Both the position numbers and the translations under genes were made by a program. The notes below the pieces were generated by a model that saw only the letters and a program-made list of their open reading frames with translations, did no database searches and was not told where the DNA came from. From a virus (taxonomy: Duplodnaviria > Caudoviricetes): 64,000 nt of DNA. The stretch lies in the IMG/VR virus record IMGVR_UViG_2522572160_000003; one strand, 5' to 3'. This document shows positions 36,292 to 46,605 of the stretch, one piece after another (the stretch's first letter is position 1; each line of letters starts with the position of its first letter).

Positions 36292-39200
36292 TTACCTGAT
36301 ATAAAGCCCGCTGGCGTATGAGTTGGGCCCGGTGCCCATGTATCCATGCCAATCCCCCAGGTTTGCGTTTATGATCTCCTGATCCGTGCCAACCTGGGCG
36401 AGGCTGTCCAGATCCGCGCCGTAGGAGAAGGTATAGACGTTCCCCACGCGTTCGATCTGAATGATCCCTCCGTCCACGTAGGAAATGGAGGATTCTATAA
36501 TCGGCTGCCGCCAGCCTAACGCGGTGGTCACGGAATAGACTTTAAGACTATTGGCGTCGGCAGCATCGATAACGGCTGCAATGAAGTTTTGAGGATCGTC
36601 CGGATCATCCAGGGCCATAATCAGGCCTGACAACTCATCATCCAGCGCGGTTATGGGCGCCTTGAGAATTCGCGTGTTCGGCGCTCGGGTGACGCAATAC
36701 AGCGAGGATTGTTCAGGCTTCCTGACCGATACGTAGTCCAAGTATCCATCGGTCAGGTCTTGATACCCGTATAGAATGTATCCAGCCCCATAGCCCTTTG
36801 TGGGCATGAAATGCTTTGACACGGACTGCGATGGCGTGATTAACGTGCCGCCCTCAAATGCGGATAACGTGGACTGCCCGATCTTTAAATTGGACACGGC
36901 CCCGGCCTGAGCCAGAAGATAAAGTCCGTCGAACGATGGAGGCGACACGACTTCCAAATACTGATCCCCGCCGCCAGCCGTCACCGTGGCCCGGCCGTCT
37001 GATACATCCCAGGAAGCCCCGATGGTCCATGCAGTAGGATCGTCAAAGTGGGGATCTGGAATATACTCCGCCCCTTCCAGGATCTCCCGCGCCCATGCGT
37101 CATCGTACCATGTGTCGCCGACGCCTGGCCCCCAGAACAAAAGCCGAACGGACGTGCAGCCTTCTGAGGCGGTGAAACAAAAATTAACGGGTTTATATGA
37201 TGTGTCGGTTATGCCTGTTTCAATGGATGTTTGGATATATTCAGAATTTGCGCGGTCATAAAGCCCCCACCATCCAACCCCGGTCCCATCGCTGCGATTG
37301 TGAAACCCAACGGCGTAATGTTTTCCAGGTTCGACATCAAAGTTTTGGTATCTGTACGGGCTGGCTGCTCCGCCCCTGGTCAACTGGAGTGCATAGTCGC
37401 CATAATGGGATGTGCCGCTGATGGTGTAACTGCCATCGCCATCGTCGCCTGGCCATCCTGTAATGTCCCCCGTTTCAAAACCTGGGTTGGTTTCAATCAG
37501 GTTGACAGCCCCAAGGCTTTGCTGCTTGCAGGAAATGGATCTGTACGTGATGTCGGTGGTCACCCCGTAGCGCCATAATTTTATTTGGGTTGATGTATCA
37601 ACAGCAACAAAGTAATAGTAGTTTACCCCCGTTGTCCAATCCATGACAACTGCGCTCAAAATACCGTCGCTAATCTCAAGCCGGACACTTCCGGCATCTA
37701 TAGAGCAATCTATTTCTAACTTGTATACTCCGCCCGCAACGGTTGTTAGTGTTTTATATATATTGACGTTTGCACTTGACCCAACCATCCTTATGCCGCC
37801 TGAATCACCAGGCAAAACATAATTTGACGCATCCCGCTGATACATCAACCACCCATCCCACGAAACTTCCTTCAATTCGTAGCCGGGAATGACCGTTGCA
37901 GTGCTCGACGTGCAAACAAACCGGGTTCCGATCTCGTTGGAAGCGGCGCCCATCTCGGTGTAGTCGGGGCGGGGGAGGATTTGCTGGATGGCGGCTTCGT
38001 CGAAATAGGCTTTACCGCCTTCTGTCGAGGGGCATTTGAAATAGGGTGTAATGCGGGTACATCCATCGGGAATAGTGAATACAAAAGAAATTTTAGTCCA
38101 GGTAGTATCACTGACACCTGTACTTGTAGCCCCTACAATGTAAGTCCCACCAATATTGTTGTAAATGTAATACCTCCCGCCATAAGAACCATCCCCACAA
38201 GTCCAGAAAGACATCATATAGGATGCGCCAGGAATTACTGTGCGATTCGCTGACCCAACCCTGGTGTCCACACTTACTCCAGCTGTCAACTTGCAAGAAT
38301 GACTCCCGCTATAAACAATGATTGCCTCATTGTTTATAGCACCATCGCTTTTATACTCATCAAAATTTGCAAAAACATCATCCCCGCCAATCCCAGCATC
38401 CTCAAAATCTCCATTGGGAACGATGTTCTCACCAAGCGATTGCTGTTGAACGCTCACGCCGGTATAAGTAATATCGGTTGCGCCTGTGTTGTCACGGTAG
38501 AAATAAACTCTTATGGACGTACATCCATCAGGCGCAACAAAGCAAAGCTCATTATCACCGCTTGACCATCCCATATTTGCGCTGGCGGAGATATCTTGTG
38601 AATTGGTGACGTCATATAGCCCAAGCCTTACGTCCCCGGCGGCTATTGTGCAATTTACCAACAACCTTTGTACCGTTCCGGCAACAACGCTGATTTCTTT
38701 TCTGAAATACACCGCGCTTGTGTTGTCGGAGATTAAGCGTAGGCCTCCCGTCTCGCCGGGCTGGACGTAGTTGGAACCGTCTCGACCGTAAAGCGTTGTA
38801 TCATCCCAATAGGCCTCCTGAATGGAATCCGTGGCGGATAACGTGAGCGACGTCCCGTCCGCAATGAACCGGGTTCCCACGGCATTATCCGGCGCCCCGG
38901 CCAAGGTGAAATCCACGGAATCCTGGGCAGCGATCTCCACGTAATGCCCTGCATAGTCGGCCAGATCCCCGGACGTTATCTCCGATCCCAGGCTGGTAAG
39001 GGCGAAATTGCCGTTACTCACAAGCTCAATGGGCGCGTTCCCCTGGATCTCCATGTAGTGCCCGAGATAGGACGTCAAATCGCCGGAATTGATCTCCGGC
39101 CCCGTGGACGTTTCCGCAAACGTCCCGTTCGTCACCTGCTCGGGCGAGTAGAACGACGGCTGCACATGCAGGCCGTTGACGTCCACAAAGGCGCCGGCGC

Positions 39201-39306
39201 CGGACAGCCAGTAGGGGATCTTGCCCGTGGAAAAGTCGGTCATGCGGGCGGCGTATTGCTGCTTCCAGCCCCCGAAACCGTTGTACTTGCTGAATCCTGA
39301 TAGCAT
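36292..39306 (-). CDS. Tail fibre / receptor-binding protein with several CBM4_9-like domains
   Basis: Repeated N-G-x-F domain starts (VTNGTF, VSNGNF, VPNGDF, TNPGF) and 'F.aP.GCT.i' motifs; position after the tail genes. Confidence 0.75.
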   Translation of the reverse strand: MLSGFSKYNGFGGWKQQYAARMTDFSTGKIPYWLSGAGAFVDVNGLHVQPSFYSPEQVTNGTFAETSTGPEINSGDLTSYLGHYMEIQGNAPIELVSNGNFALTSLGSEITSGDLADYAGHYVEIAAQDSVDFTLAGAPDNAVGTRFIADGTSLTLSATDSIQEAYWDDTTLYGRDGSNYVQPGETGGLRLISDNTSAVYFRKEISVVAGTVQRLLVNCTIAAGDVRLGLYDVTNSQDISASANMGWSSGDNELCFVAPDGCTSIRVYFYRDNTGATDITYTGVSVQQQSLGENIVPNGDFEDAGIGGDDVFANFDEYKSDGAINNEAIIVYSGSHSCKLTAGVSVDTRVGSANRTVIPGASYMMSFWTCGDGSYGGRYYIYNNIGGTYIVGATSTGVSDTTWTKISFVFTIPDGCTRITPYFKCPSTEGGKAYFDEAAIQQILPRPDYTEMGAASNEIGTRFVCTSSTATVIPGYELKEVSWDGWLMYQRDASNYVLPGDSGGIRMVGSSANVNIYKTLTTVAGGVYKLEIDCSIDAGSVRLEISDGILSAVVMDWTTGVNYYYFVAVDTSTQIKLWRYGVTTDITYRSISCKQQSLGAVNLIETNPGFETGDITGWPGDDGDGSYTISGTSHYGDYALQLTRGGAASPYRYQNFDVEPGKHYAVGFHNRSDGTGVGWWGLYDRANSEYIQTSIETGITDTSYKPVNFCFTASEGCTSVRLLFWGPGVGDTWYDDAWAREILEGAEYIPDPHFDDPTAWTIGASWDVSDGRATVTAGGGDQYLEVVSPPSFDGLYLLAQAGAVSNLKIGQSTLSAFEGGTLITPSQSVSKHFMPTKGYGAGYILYGYQDLTDGYLDYVSVRKPEQSSLYCVTRAPNTRILKAPITALDDELSGLIMALDDPDDPQNFIAAVIDAADANSLKVYSVTTALGWRQPIIESSISYVDGGIIQIERVGNVYTFSYGADLDSLAQVGTDQEIINANLGDWHGYMGTGPNSYASGLYIR

Positions 39307-39316
39307 GGGCGCCTCC

Positions 39317-39682
39317 TTACCGTGCGCCTACATAAAGGATAATGGTCACGGCGTCGCCGCCCGTTTCGCGCAGGCGCAGCTTGATTTCGGGCGCCACGGG
39401 CATGCACTCCTGGTTGCTTTCGATAAGCACCACGCCGTCCTCATCCTCCCCGGACTCATCGGTCAGGCCCGTGGCCATGGAGATCTTTCCTTCGCCCATG
39501 CGGAAATTGGTCTTGCCGATGCTGCCCAGGATGTCCACGGCCACTTCGCCGTCGCCTGTGATGTGCAGCTCCGCGCCGATGATGCCGTCGCCGCGCCCCA
39601 TGCCCATGGGGCTGGGCATGGTCCAACTGCCACCGGCTTCCAGGTTGATTGTGATGGGATCGTAATCGCGAAAATTAAGCAT
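39317..39682 (-). CDS. Phage tail-associated hypothetical protein
   Basis: GGAGG RBS; in the late operon. Confidence 0.7.
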   Translation of the reverse strand: MLNFRDYDPITINLEAGGSWTMPSPMGMGRGDGIIGAELHITGDGEVAVDILGSIGKTNFRMGEGKISMATGLTDESGEDEDGVVLIESNQECMPVAPEIKLRLRETGGDAVTIILYVGAR

Positions 39683-39691
39683 GCGAGCCTC

Positions 39692-42649
39692 CTATGTTGC
39701 GTTGTCTATGGCGATGATTTCCAGCCGGTCCATTTCCCTGGCCTTGGCCGATCCCAGGAAGTGGGTTGTCTTGAGCACTTCGGCCGTGAACCCGCTCATG
39801 GAGTCCAGGGGGTGGGTGATGGCGATGTAATCCCCCGGCTCCGCCTCCATGTTGTCCAAATACACGGAAAGGTCGGGCATTTTCCGGGGCCGTTTGTGCT
39901 GGGCCAGGTAAAAGGCGCCCACGTGGGCGGCCATGGTTTCGTCGCGGACCGCATCAAAGTAGAAGTCCGCTTCCCGGGTGGGGTTGCGTTCTCCGTAGGT
40001 GGAAATGGAAGCCGCGTCCGTGCAGGCCGCGGCGTCCAGGTAGTCTCCAGCCTGGCTTCCCCCGGCCGTCTGATCCTTGTCAAAATGCACGGTGAAGGCG
40101 TTGATGAGGATGTCCACTGGCGTCCGGGAAATGGAAAGGGAATCCAGGACAATGGCCGAAGTTCCCACGGCCAAATCGGCGGATTGGGCGAGCTGGCGCG
40201 GCAAAAGCCGGGCTGTTCCGTAGGGCGTAAACCGGAAGAACGACCGGCATTGAAAGGCCAGCCGGGCCAGGAGGCTGGCGGCCTGTTCGGTCCGGGTAAT
40301 GGCCAGGGCGAAAGCGTAGCTGTTTGTGCTGAAAAACGTCCCGGCTTCCGTGAATGCGGCCGCATCCAGCAAATCGGCGCCCATGCCCAGGCCGGTCATT
40401 AAAAGATGTTTGAACACGTGGTCCGGGCGTTCGATGATGGCGTTTGCCGTTCCCGTATAAGTCCCGGAGGCGTCGTCTTGATAGCCTTCCAGGTTTGCCG
40501 TGACCTGGCCGCCTATGACGGTGTCGGCGCTGGAATTGCCGGTCAAGGTTACAAGCACCCCTTCGGCGGCGGATGCGATCACGCCAATGCCGTAGGTTGC
40601 CTCCACGGACACCTCGTAAATGCGGGTCGCTTTTCCGAGGAACAGGTCGTCGCAGTCGATGTACACGGTGAACGCCCAATCGTTCCGGGAAAAGTTCCGG
40701 TAAACCGTGGCAACGTTGTCTACGCCGCCCGTGCCGGGAAGGTATTGCCGGGAGCTGCCGTCAATCCCCACCTTCAGATAATTGCTGCCCTCGCTGATAT
40801 CCGTGGAATACACGATTTTAACGCGCAGGTTGGACACGGTCCCCAGGGAAGTGCGGGAAAAGGTGATTCCCAGGGGCTCGTTTTCGTCCATGGCGTTGTT
40901 GTAGGCGTAGGTGCTTTCATTCCCGTCCTTGGCGTTGGATTCGCTGTTCCAACTGCCCGATGAATCGCTCCAGCCGGTGGCCGGGATGGAAACCGTGGTG
41001 GAGCTGGAGGATTCGTGGGAGTGGTTTCCTTCGTCCACGTCCGCCGAAAGATTGACCTGCTTCACCACCGTGGGCAGGGCGGAAAAGGCGATCACGGCCT
41101 TGCCGGTGTAGCCGGTCAGCACGTCGCCTGTCTGGCCTGTGTAAGCCGTGTACCCGGATGTCTGGCGGACGCCGTCCACGAATACGTCGCCAATGCTTTT
41201 AACCGGATGCCCGGCCAATAGATAAACGTATTGGGAAAGCACCTGGGCGGCGCTGGCGCCGGCGTCATGCAAGGACGCGTCCGTGCTATTCGCTCCCCGG
41301 GTGCAGCCGGTCAGGGCATCGCCGGATTTGCCGGTGTAGGTTATTTGCTCCGAGTCGATTTGCACGGTTCCGGATGTTGGAAACACGCTGGCGTCTGACA
41401 GGGTGATGGACGTCGCCGAAGCGGTCACGTCGCCAGGCAGGTTGGACATGGCCCCGGCCTTGACGGCCAGGCAGGGCAGGTTATCCACGGCGCCGTAAAC
41501 AATGGGCTGCATCTTGCCGATGGCGTCGGGGTCGGCGTTGGGGAAGTCGTCGTAGGTGACGGCCAGATCCCGGCCGATCAAACGGTCGTACTTGGCCCAT
41601 AGGCCCTGGATAAGCAGGGTGCATGTCATGGAGTTGTATCCCGTGACCTCCCGGACGTAGCCCTGGAAGATGATTTCCTTTTCATCCCAGGCCAAGCCCT
41701 TGAACCACTGATAAATCGTGACCGGCACGGACTCCACGGGCTCGGAATCAAACAGGCTGGAAAAAGGCGTATCCCCCGTGTTGGCCAGGGTCAGTTCCAG
41801 GTCGGGCGCCGTGACCGGCGAAATCAGATCCCGGGCCGCGTCCGTGGCCGAATCCACGTAGGACCAATCCGTGACCAGGCCGGATATGGAAATCGTGCTG
41901 GTTTCAATGGTCAAAGGCCCCACATATCCTGAAAACGGGTGCATGAGGCTATACCCTGTGCCGACCCTGCCGACCGCGTATAAATAGCGCATGGACAACG
42001 CGGCCGAGAGCGTGACGCTCAGGGTATCCACAAGCACGGTCCGGGCGGAATCGGAATAGATGGCGAATGTCAAAACCTTGGAGGCCGAATTGTAGGCGAT
42101 GGTTGTATAGTAGGTTGCATCGGCGAGCAAGGCCGTGGTTTGGTCACTAACGCTCCATCCATCGCCCTTGGCTTTTAAATTCACCACTACCCCGGTCAAT
42201 GAGTACAAGGCGGTTTCGGCGTATATTGAAGCATTAAGGGATGACATACCACTCGTTCCATCCATCGCCTCATCGGCCACGCCCCATATCCCCATCCAGG
42301 AAAGTGGAAATGAATCGGCGCTGTTCACCCGAAAGGATGACTGTTGCACGAAATCAGCAAGGCCAAAAGCTCCGTCCCCCATGTCGCAATAGCAATAGAC
42401 ATTTTCGGATGTGGTGCTTGCGGGCACAGCAATCTGGATGGAATCGGACGCAACCGTGAGCACGCCCGGATCGTCCCCCTCAACAAATTCCGTGAAGTCT
42501 TGCTCCGTAGGCGATTCCAGAGCGACGGACACGGCCAGATCCCGGTCCGAAACAAGCAAGGGCGTTGCAAAATCAAAGTCCACCAGGTTGACGGGCGCCG
42601 TCCCCCGTTTGGCCCTTTCCGCGTCGAATGCCGTGTTAAAATCGCGCAT
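39692..42649 (-). CDS. Tail tip / hub protein with inserted beta-sandwich domains
   Basis: 985 aa; 'PIVYG', 'P.HVFKHLL', 'EPGD.IAI' tail-tip motifs; 'LTGCTRGANST' virion motif. Confidence 0.75.
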   Translation of the reverse strand: MRDFNTAFDAERAKRGTAPVNLVDFDFATPLLVSDRDLAVSVALESPTEQDFTEFVEGDDPGVLTVASDSIQIAVPASTTSENVYCYCDMGDGAFGLADFVQQSSFRVNSADSFPLSWMGIWGVADEAMDGTSGMSSLNASIYAETALYSLTGVVVNLKAKGDGWSVSDQTTALLADATYYTTIAYNSASKVLTFAIYSDSARTVLVDTLSVTLSAALSMRYLYAVGRVGTGYSLMHPFSGYVGPLTIETSTISISGLVTDWSYVDSATDAARDLISPVTAPDLELTLANTGDTPFSSLFDSEPVESVPVTIYQWFKGLAWDEKEIIFQGYVREVTGYNSMTCTLLIQGLWAKYDRLIGRDLAVTYDDFPNADPDAIGKMQPIVYGAVDNLPCLAVKAGAMSNLPGDVTASATSITLSDASVFPTSGTVQIDSEQITYTGKSGDALTGCTRGANSTDASLHDAGASAAQVLSQYVYLLAGHPVKSIGDVFVDGVRQTSGYTAYTGQTGDVLTGYTGKAVIAFSALPTVVKQVNLSADVDEGNHSHESSSSTTVSIPATGWSDSSGSWNSESNAKDGNESTYAYNNAMDENEPLGITFSRTSLGTVSNLRVKIVYSTDISEGSNYLKVGIDGSSRQYLPGTGGVDNVATVYRNFSRNDWAFTVYIDCDDLFLGKATRIYEVSVEATYGIGVIASAAEGVLVTLTGNSSADTVIGGQVTANLEGYQDDASGTYTGTANAIIERPDHVFKHLLMTGLGMGADLLDAAAFTEAGTFFSTNSYAFALAITRTEQAASLLARLAFQCRSFFRFTPYGTARLLPRQLAQSADLAVGTSAIVLDSLSISRTPVDILINAFTVHFDKDQTAGGSQAGDYLDAAACTDAASISTYGERNPTREADFYFDAVRDETMAAHVGAFYLAQHKRPRKMPDLSVYLDNMEAEPGDYIAITHPLDSMSGFTAEVLKTTHFLGSAKAREMDRLEIIAIDNAT

Positions 42650-43020
42650 CAGGCAACCTCCTCGCGAAGGGTGATCGTGCCCTTGTAGTAGGTGTTGGCC
42701 ACAAGGCTTAACGGGTTCTCCACGTCCATAAGCCGGACCGTGTGATCGTCCCCGTCCTCATCCGTGAAAGTAAAGGTGTTCTTGGGGCCTACGGCGATGT
42801 TTTGGAGCCAGTCGGTGAAGTTCTCAAAGTCCGTCTGGGTCAACCGGGTGAAGACAAGCTGGAATTCCTGTTCCACCACGCCCTTGTCGTAAGCGTAAAG
42901 CTGCATGCCTTCGGTGTAGCCCGTGACCACGTTTACGGATACCGGATCATGGGCCGGAAGCGCACGGGCCTGGCTAAATGTGAATGTGTCCGAATCCTTG
43001 GTGAAGATGATGTTTGCCAC
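42649..43020 (-). CDS. Distal tail protein-like
   Basis: GTG start at 43020 after AGGAGG; the longer ORF-track start is translated repeat DNA. Confidence 0.65.
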   Translation of the reverse strand: MANIIFTKDSDTFTFSQARALPAHDPVSVNVVTGYTEGMQLYAYDKGVVEQEFQLVFTRLTQTDFENFTDWLQNIAVGPKNTFTFTDEDGDDHTVRLMDVENPLSLVANTYYKGTITLREEVA

Positions 43021-43072
43021 GGCCTGCCTCCTGTTTAAAAGCCGGTTTAACAACCTTTTAAAGATATTTTGC

Positions 43073-43138
43073 GGGGGACAACCTTTTGTGAACAAAAGGA
43101 TTTTCCCCCACACCCCCTTTCCAAAAAACTTTTTAAAT
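43073..43138. repeat. GGGGG..CCCCC palindromic repeat (family A)
   Basis: 64/66 identical to the reverse complement of 63823-63888. Confidence 0.85.
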
Positions 43139-43163
43139 CGTGTGAGCATGGGAGGCGTCCTTA

Positions 43164-45563
43164 TTAAGCCCTCTTAAACAGATTAAGCCGCACCAACTCA
43201 GGCCCCAGGACATTGCGGGCAAGAGACCGCATATCCTCGGGGGAATCCAATTTCGAGCCTTGCGGCATGTTGATGACAATGTCCCCGATGGAAACGCTGC
43301 CTCCCTGCGCCTGGGCCTGGTTTTTGGTCCTGACTTCCTCGCCCTTATGCAGCACATACAGGCCCGTCTGAGGCACAAACCGCGTCCCGCTGGCGTAAGA
43401 GCCCATGATGGAATTCGGGTCCGGCGTGGAGGCCTCGCCCGTGTAAACGTCCTTGTGAATCGTGGTGATGGTCACGGTTTTGTCGTGGAGGGCGTCCAGC
43501 TCCTTTTGGATCATGTCAATGACCGGGGTGGCCGCGTCCTTGCCCCGGATTTCGATCTCCGTTTCCATGGCCTCGATTTGTTCGGCCAGGCTGGCAGCCA
43601 GATTGGAGAGATATTCAATCTCCATGGCCGCCTCCTGGGCCGTGGAGGCCAGGGAATCGGCCCAGGCCTGATCCGCCTGAATTTGCCGGGCCTTGGCCGA
43701 CTCCATATCCCGGAAGGTGCGGTCGATAATCGCCCCGGCCCGTTCGATGTCGGAAACGGCCGCCGAAATCACGTCCTTGGAGGATACGACGGTTTGCTCA
43801 GTTGCCCGGCCCCAGGAAACCGTGGTTTGGGTCACGCCCTGGGAAAACTCCATGGCCAGGGAGGAAACCGCCTGTTGATAGGCTTGCAGGGCTTCCACTT
43901 GCTCTTGCCCTGACAGGCGCATGGCCTCCGCGAATTGCTGATTTAACGCGGACCTCCTGGACTCGTACTTTTCCATGGGGTCCATGGCGGTTTCGGCAAG
44001 GCCTTGAACCAAAGCGCCGGTTTGCTTGCTGGCGCTTGCCCGGGCCTTTTCCAGGGCCATCAACTCCTGGATGTGTTGGGCCTGTTGCTCCTTAGCCCGT
44101 TCGCTCATGGCCGTGACTTGAGAGTAAAAAGACTGATAAGCCGAAAGGCGTTTATTGACTGCCGCCAGATCGGCTTCGGCGGTTTTTAATATGGCTTTCA
44201 CCATATCTTCGGAAGCGCCCTGGACGGATTGGGCGATAATGACGTTGTTATGGCCGATATTGCTTGCGGCTTTATCTCCGGATTGGGCTATTTGGTCGGC
44301 GGCGGCATTGATTTTTCGTTGCAGATCATCGGTGAAGCCTTCCACCATAATGCCAAAGTCCATCCACTTTTCAGAGGCCTTGCCCGCTTCATCGGCGCTT
44401 GAAAACATGGCCGAACCGAAATACTCCAGGCCGTCGATGGCCGTATCGAGCCATTTTTTGGGGTTGATATCCATCCCCAGAAAATTGCCTATCTTGTCGA
44501 TGATTGCGTTTACCACCTTGAAAAACGGGGATTTGTCGGTCATAAACTTCCCGGCCTGTAAAACAGCTTGGCCGAAGGCCGTGACGCCCGCCAGCGCCGT
44601 GAAGATGGACTCCTTGACTGCATACCAGGCGGCCGGGATGTAACCGATGGCAGTGATGATCTTGGTGATGGTCGTGGCGATGACGGCCCCGGTTTTGGCG
44701 GCCCATTCGGCCAGGCGGCCGTCGTTGTACATCTCGCCGATGTAATCGCGGATCTTGCCCAGGGTTTCCTTCAGCACGGTAAAGGCGCCGGAGCCCATGA
44801 CAAGCCTTTCAAACTCTTTCCAGTAGGCCTTCAGGCTTTCCATGATGCCCACCCAGGCGTATTGCAGCTTTTCGGACATGCCGCCAAAGCGTTCGTTCAT
44901 GCCTTCCAGCAAAGCCGATATGGCCTGATTGGCCGTGACGCCCTGATTGCCCAAATCGCCCAATTGCTCCCCGGTCAGGCCCAGCTTTTCCCCAAGGATC
45001 TGATACGCAGGCACGCCCCTTTCGGCCAGCTGCATGATTTCTTCGGCCGATGCCTTGCCCTTGGTCTGGATCTGGCCAAGGGCGCGGGCTATGCCTTCCA
45101 GGGCTTCCTCGCCGCCTCCTATGGCGGACATGGTGTCCACCAGCGTGGTCATCTGGTCGATGGTCGGTTCCAAGCCCATGGCCCGCATCATCTTGAAAGA
45201 CTCAATGGCCTTTTGGGTGTTGACCGGCATGGTCATGGCCCAGGAATTGAGGGCGTCAAACCACTCCTGGCCGTGCCCCTGGGTGATTGTGTCCAGGGAC
45301 ATTTGCAACTGCTCCATGCTGTCGGCCACGCTGATAAGCTGCCCGGACAAGGCCGCCAGGCCCCACCCGACAAATGCCACTATGGCGATGTTGCGAAGGT
45401 TGATCAGCTTTTTGATAAGCCCGCCGACATCCTTGTTCAACAGGCCCAGGGTGCGCCGGGACTTTTTGGAGGACTTCTCCACGGCATCCCCAAACTTGGT
45501 GATAACCGGGGAGCCCTTATCATCCACGCCGATCTCAATTTTTAGGGTGGCTTCGTTTGCCAT
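43164..45563 (-). CDS. Tape measure protein
   Basis: ARALGQIQTKGKASAEEIMQLAERGVP tape-measure domain; C-terminal YASGTRFVPQTG..LHKGE. Confidence 0.93.
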   Translation of the reverse strand: MANEATLKIEIGVDDKGSPVITKFGDAVEKSSKKSRRTLGLLNKDVGGLIKKLINLRNIAIVAFVGWGLAALSGQLISVADSMEQLQMSLDTITQGHGQEWFDALNSWAMTMPVNTQKAIESFKMMRAMGLEPTIDQMTTLVDTMSAIGGGEEALEGIARALGQIQTKGKASAEEIMQLAERGVPAYQILGEKLGLTGEQLGDLGNQGVTANQAISALLEGMNERFGGMSEKLQYAWVGIMESLKAYWKEFERLVMGSGAFTVLKETLGKIRDYIGEMYNDGRLAEWAAKTGAVIATTITKIITAIGYIPAAWYAVKESIFTALAGVTAFGQAVLQAGKFMTDKSPFFKVVNAIIDKIGNFLGMDINPKKWLDTAIDGLEYFGSAMFSSADEAGKASEKWMDFGIMVEGFTDDLQRKINAAADQIAQSGDKAASNIGHNNVIIAQSVQGASEDMVKAILKTAEADLAAVNKRLSAYQSFYSQVTAMSERAKEQQAQHIQELMALEKARASASKQTGALVQGLAETAMDPMEKYESRRSALNQQFAEAMRLSGQEQVEALQAYQQAVSSLAMEFSQGVTQTTVSWGRATEQTVVSSKDVISAAVSDIERAGAIIDRTFRDMESAKARQIQADQAWADSLASTAQEAAMEIEYLSNLAASLAEQIEAMETEIEIRGKDAATPVIDMIQKELDALHDKTVTITTIHKDVYTGEASTPDPNSIMGSYASGTRFVPQTGLYVLHKGEEVRTKNQAQAQGGSVSIGDIVINMPQGSKLDSPEDMRSLARNVLGPELVRLNLFKRA

Positions 45564-45735
45564 ATCAAAACCCTTAAAGGCTTTTGCGAGAGGGACACTT
45601 TTCTGAAAAAAAGGCCGCTGAGCGGCATCTTATCGGTTCAGCTTGTGCGGCCTCTCAATGTCATTCGCCAAAAATGATTTCCCCATTTAATGACAATTTA
45701 TTGTCCCTCGCGCTCCCCCTTCAAAAGACTTTAAA

Positions 45736-46430
45736 TCATGTCGTCTTAGGGGGAGACGAGTTGATCCATACTTCAATCACCGCCAGGTCAAGCCATTCTT
45801 CCAAGGTCAAGTCGTTGGCCCTGAACGGATATCCGGCCTTTTGCAGGGCGCGGATTCTAAAGAGTTTTTGCGTGTACGGGTGAAGGTCTTCTTCCCGGGC
45901 CTTGTGGCATTTGCCGCAGGCCCAGGAAAGATGATCGCCGAATTCGGCCCGGCACTTGGCTTCCTCCGCCTGGCCGCATATCCCGGCGCGGATCGCGGCC
46001 AGGTCGTCGCTCAGTTTTTTTCCGCGTCCTCACCGATTTCGGGTTCGTCGTCTTCCTCCACTTCGGCGGAAGAGTCGAACACATGCCCGGCCAACAGCAT
46101 GACCAGATCGGCGGCGTTTTTCATGACCTGGTCTTTCCAGTCCTCAACGTAATTGGGAGACGAGGGATAGCTGGCCATGGGAACCGCTTTTCCATTTTCT
46201 TCCCGGGCGAAGTCGCCGTCCCGGAAGCCCACCAGGATCTTTTCGCCGTATTTCAGCCGGGCCTGGGAGATCCGCACCTCCACTTTTTTGCCCTTGCGGC
46301 GGACCGTCTCGTTTTGGTACGCGGCCCGCTCCGCGGTGGTGGGGTTGCGATAGAACAGGACGATTTTCGAGTTGGAAACGTTGTCCTGAAGGGTCAGTTT
46401 ATTGGGTTCGTCGCTGAATACTCTTGCCAT
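45736..46430 (-). CDS. Tail assembly chaperone, long form by -1 frameshift (G-T type)
   Basis: Slippery A AAA AAC at 46020-46014; the -1 frame is open ~91 codons to TGA at 45736. Confidence 0.75.
46011..46430 (-). CDS. Tail assembly chaperone, short form
   Basis: Start MARVFSDE after GGAG; between the tail tube and tape measure genes. Confidence 0.8.
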   Translation of the reverse strand: MARVFSDEPNKLTLQDNVSNSKIVLFYRNPTTAERAAYQNETVRRKGKKVEVRISQARLKYGEKILVGFRDGDFAREENGKAVPMASYPSSPNYVEDWKDQVMKNAADLVMLLAGHVFDSSAEVEEDDEPEIGEDAEKN

Positions 46431-46458
46431 TTTCTCCATCCTTTCGTTTTTGTTCATT

Positions 46459-46592
46459 GGGCATGAAAACCATGCCCCTACGTTAAATTGTGTCGTCGTT
46501 TCGGCCCCTCCTCCCATTCGGGGTTTTCTTTGGGAGGGGGTTTGGGGGAACCCTTTCTTTTTTCCCTTCAAAAGAAAGGGTTCCCCCAAGAA
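46459..46592. repeat. GTAG-type REP (46459-46481) plus a family-A palindrome (46522-46592)
   Basis: Reverse complement GTAGGGGCATGGTTTTCATGCCC; TTGGGGGAACCCTTTCTTTT...AAAAGAAAGGGTTCCCCCAA. Confidence 0.75.
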
Positions 46593-46605
46593 TCTTTTCC
46601 CGCTC

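Noticed and set aside
36292-39306. Diversity-generating retroelement or invertible tail-fibre segment
   Set aside because: No reverse transcriptase, TR/VR pair, invertase or flanking inverted sites seen.
43021-43149. N-terminal extensions in the ORF track (also 46431-46589, 58285-58341 and ORF 63802-63987)
   Set aside because: They are translations of palindromic repeats upstream of better RBS-supported starts.
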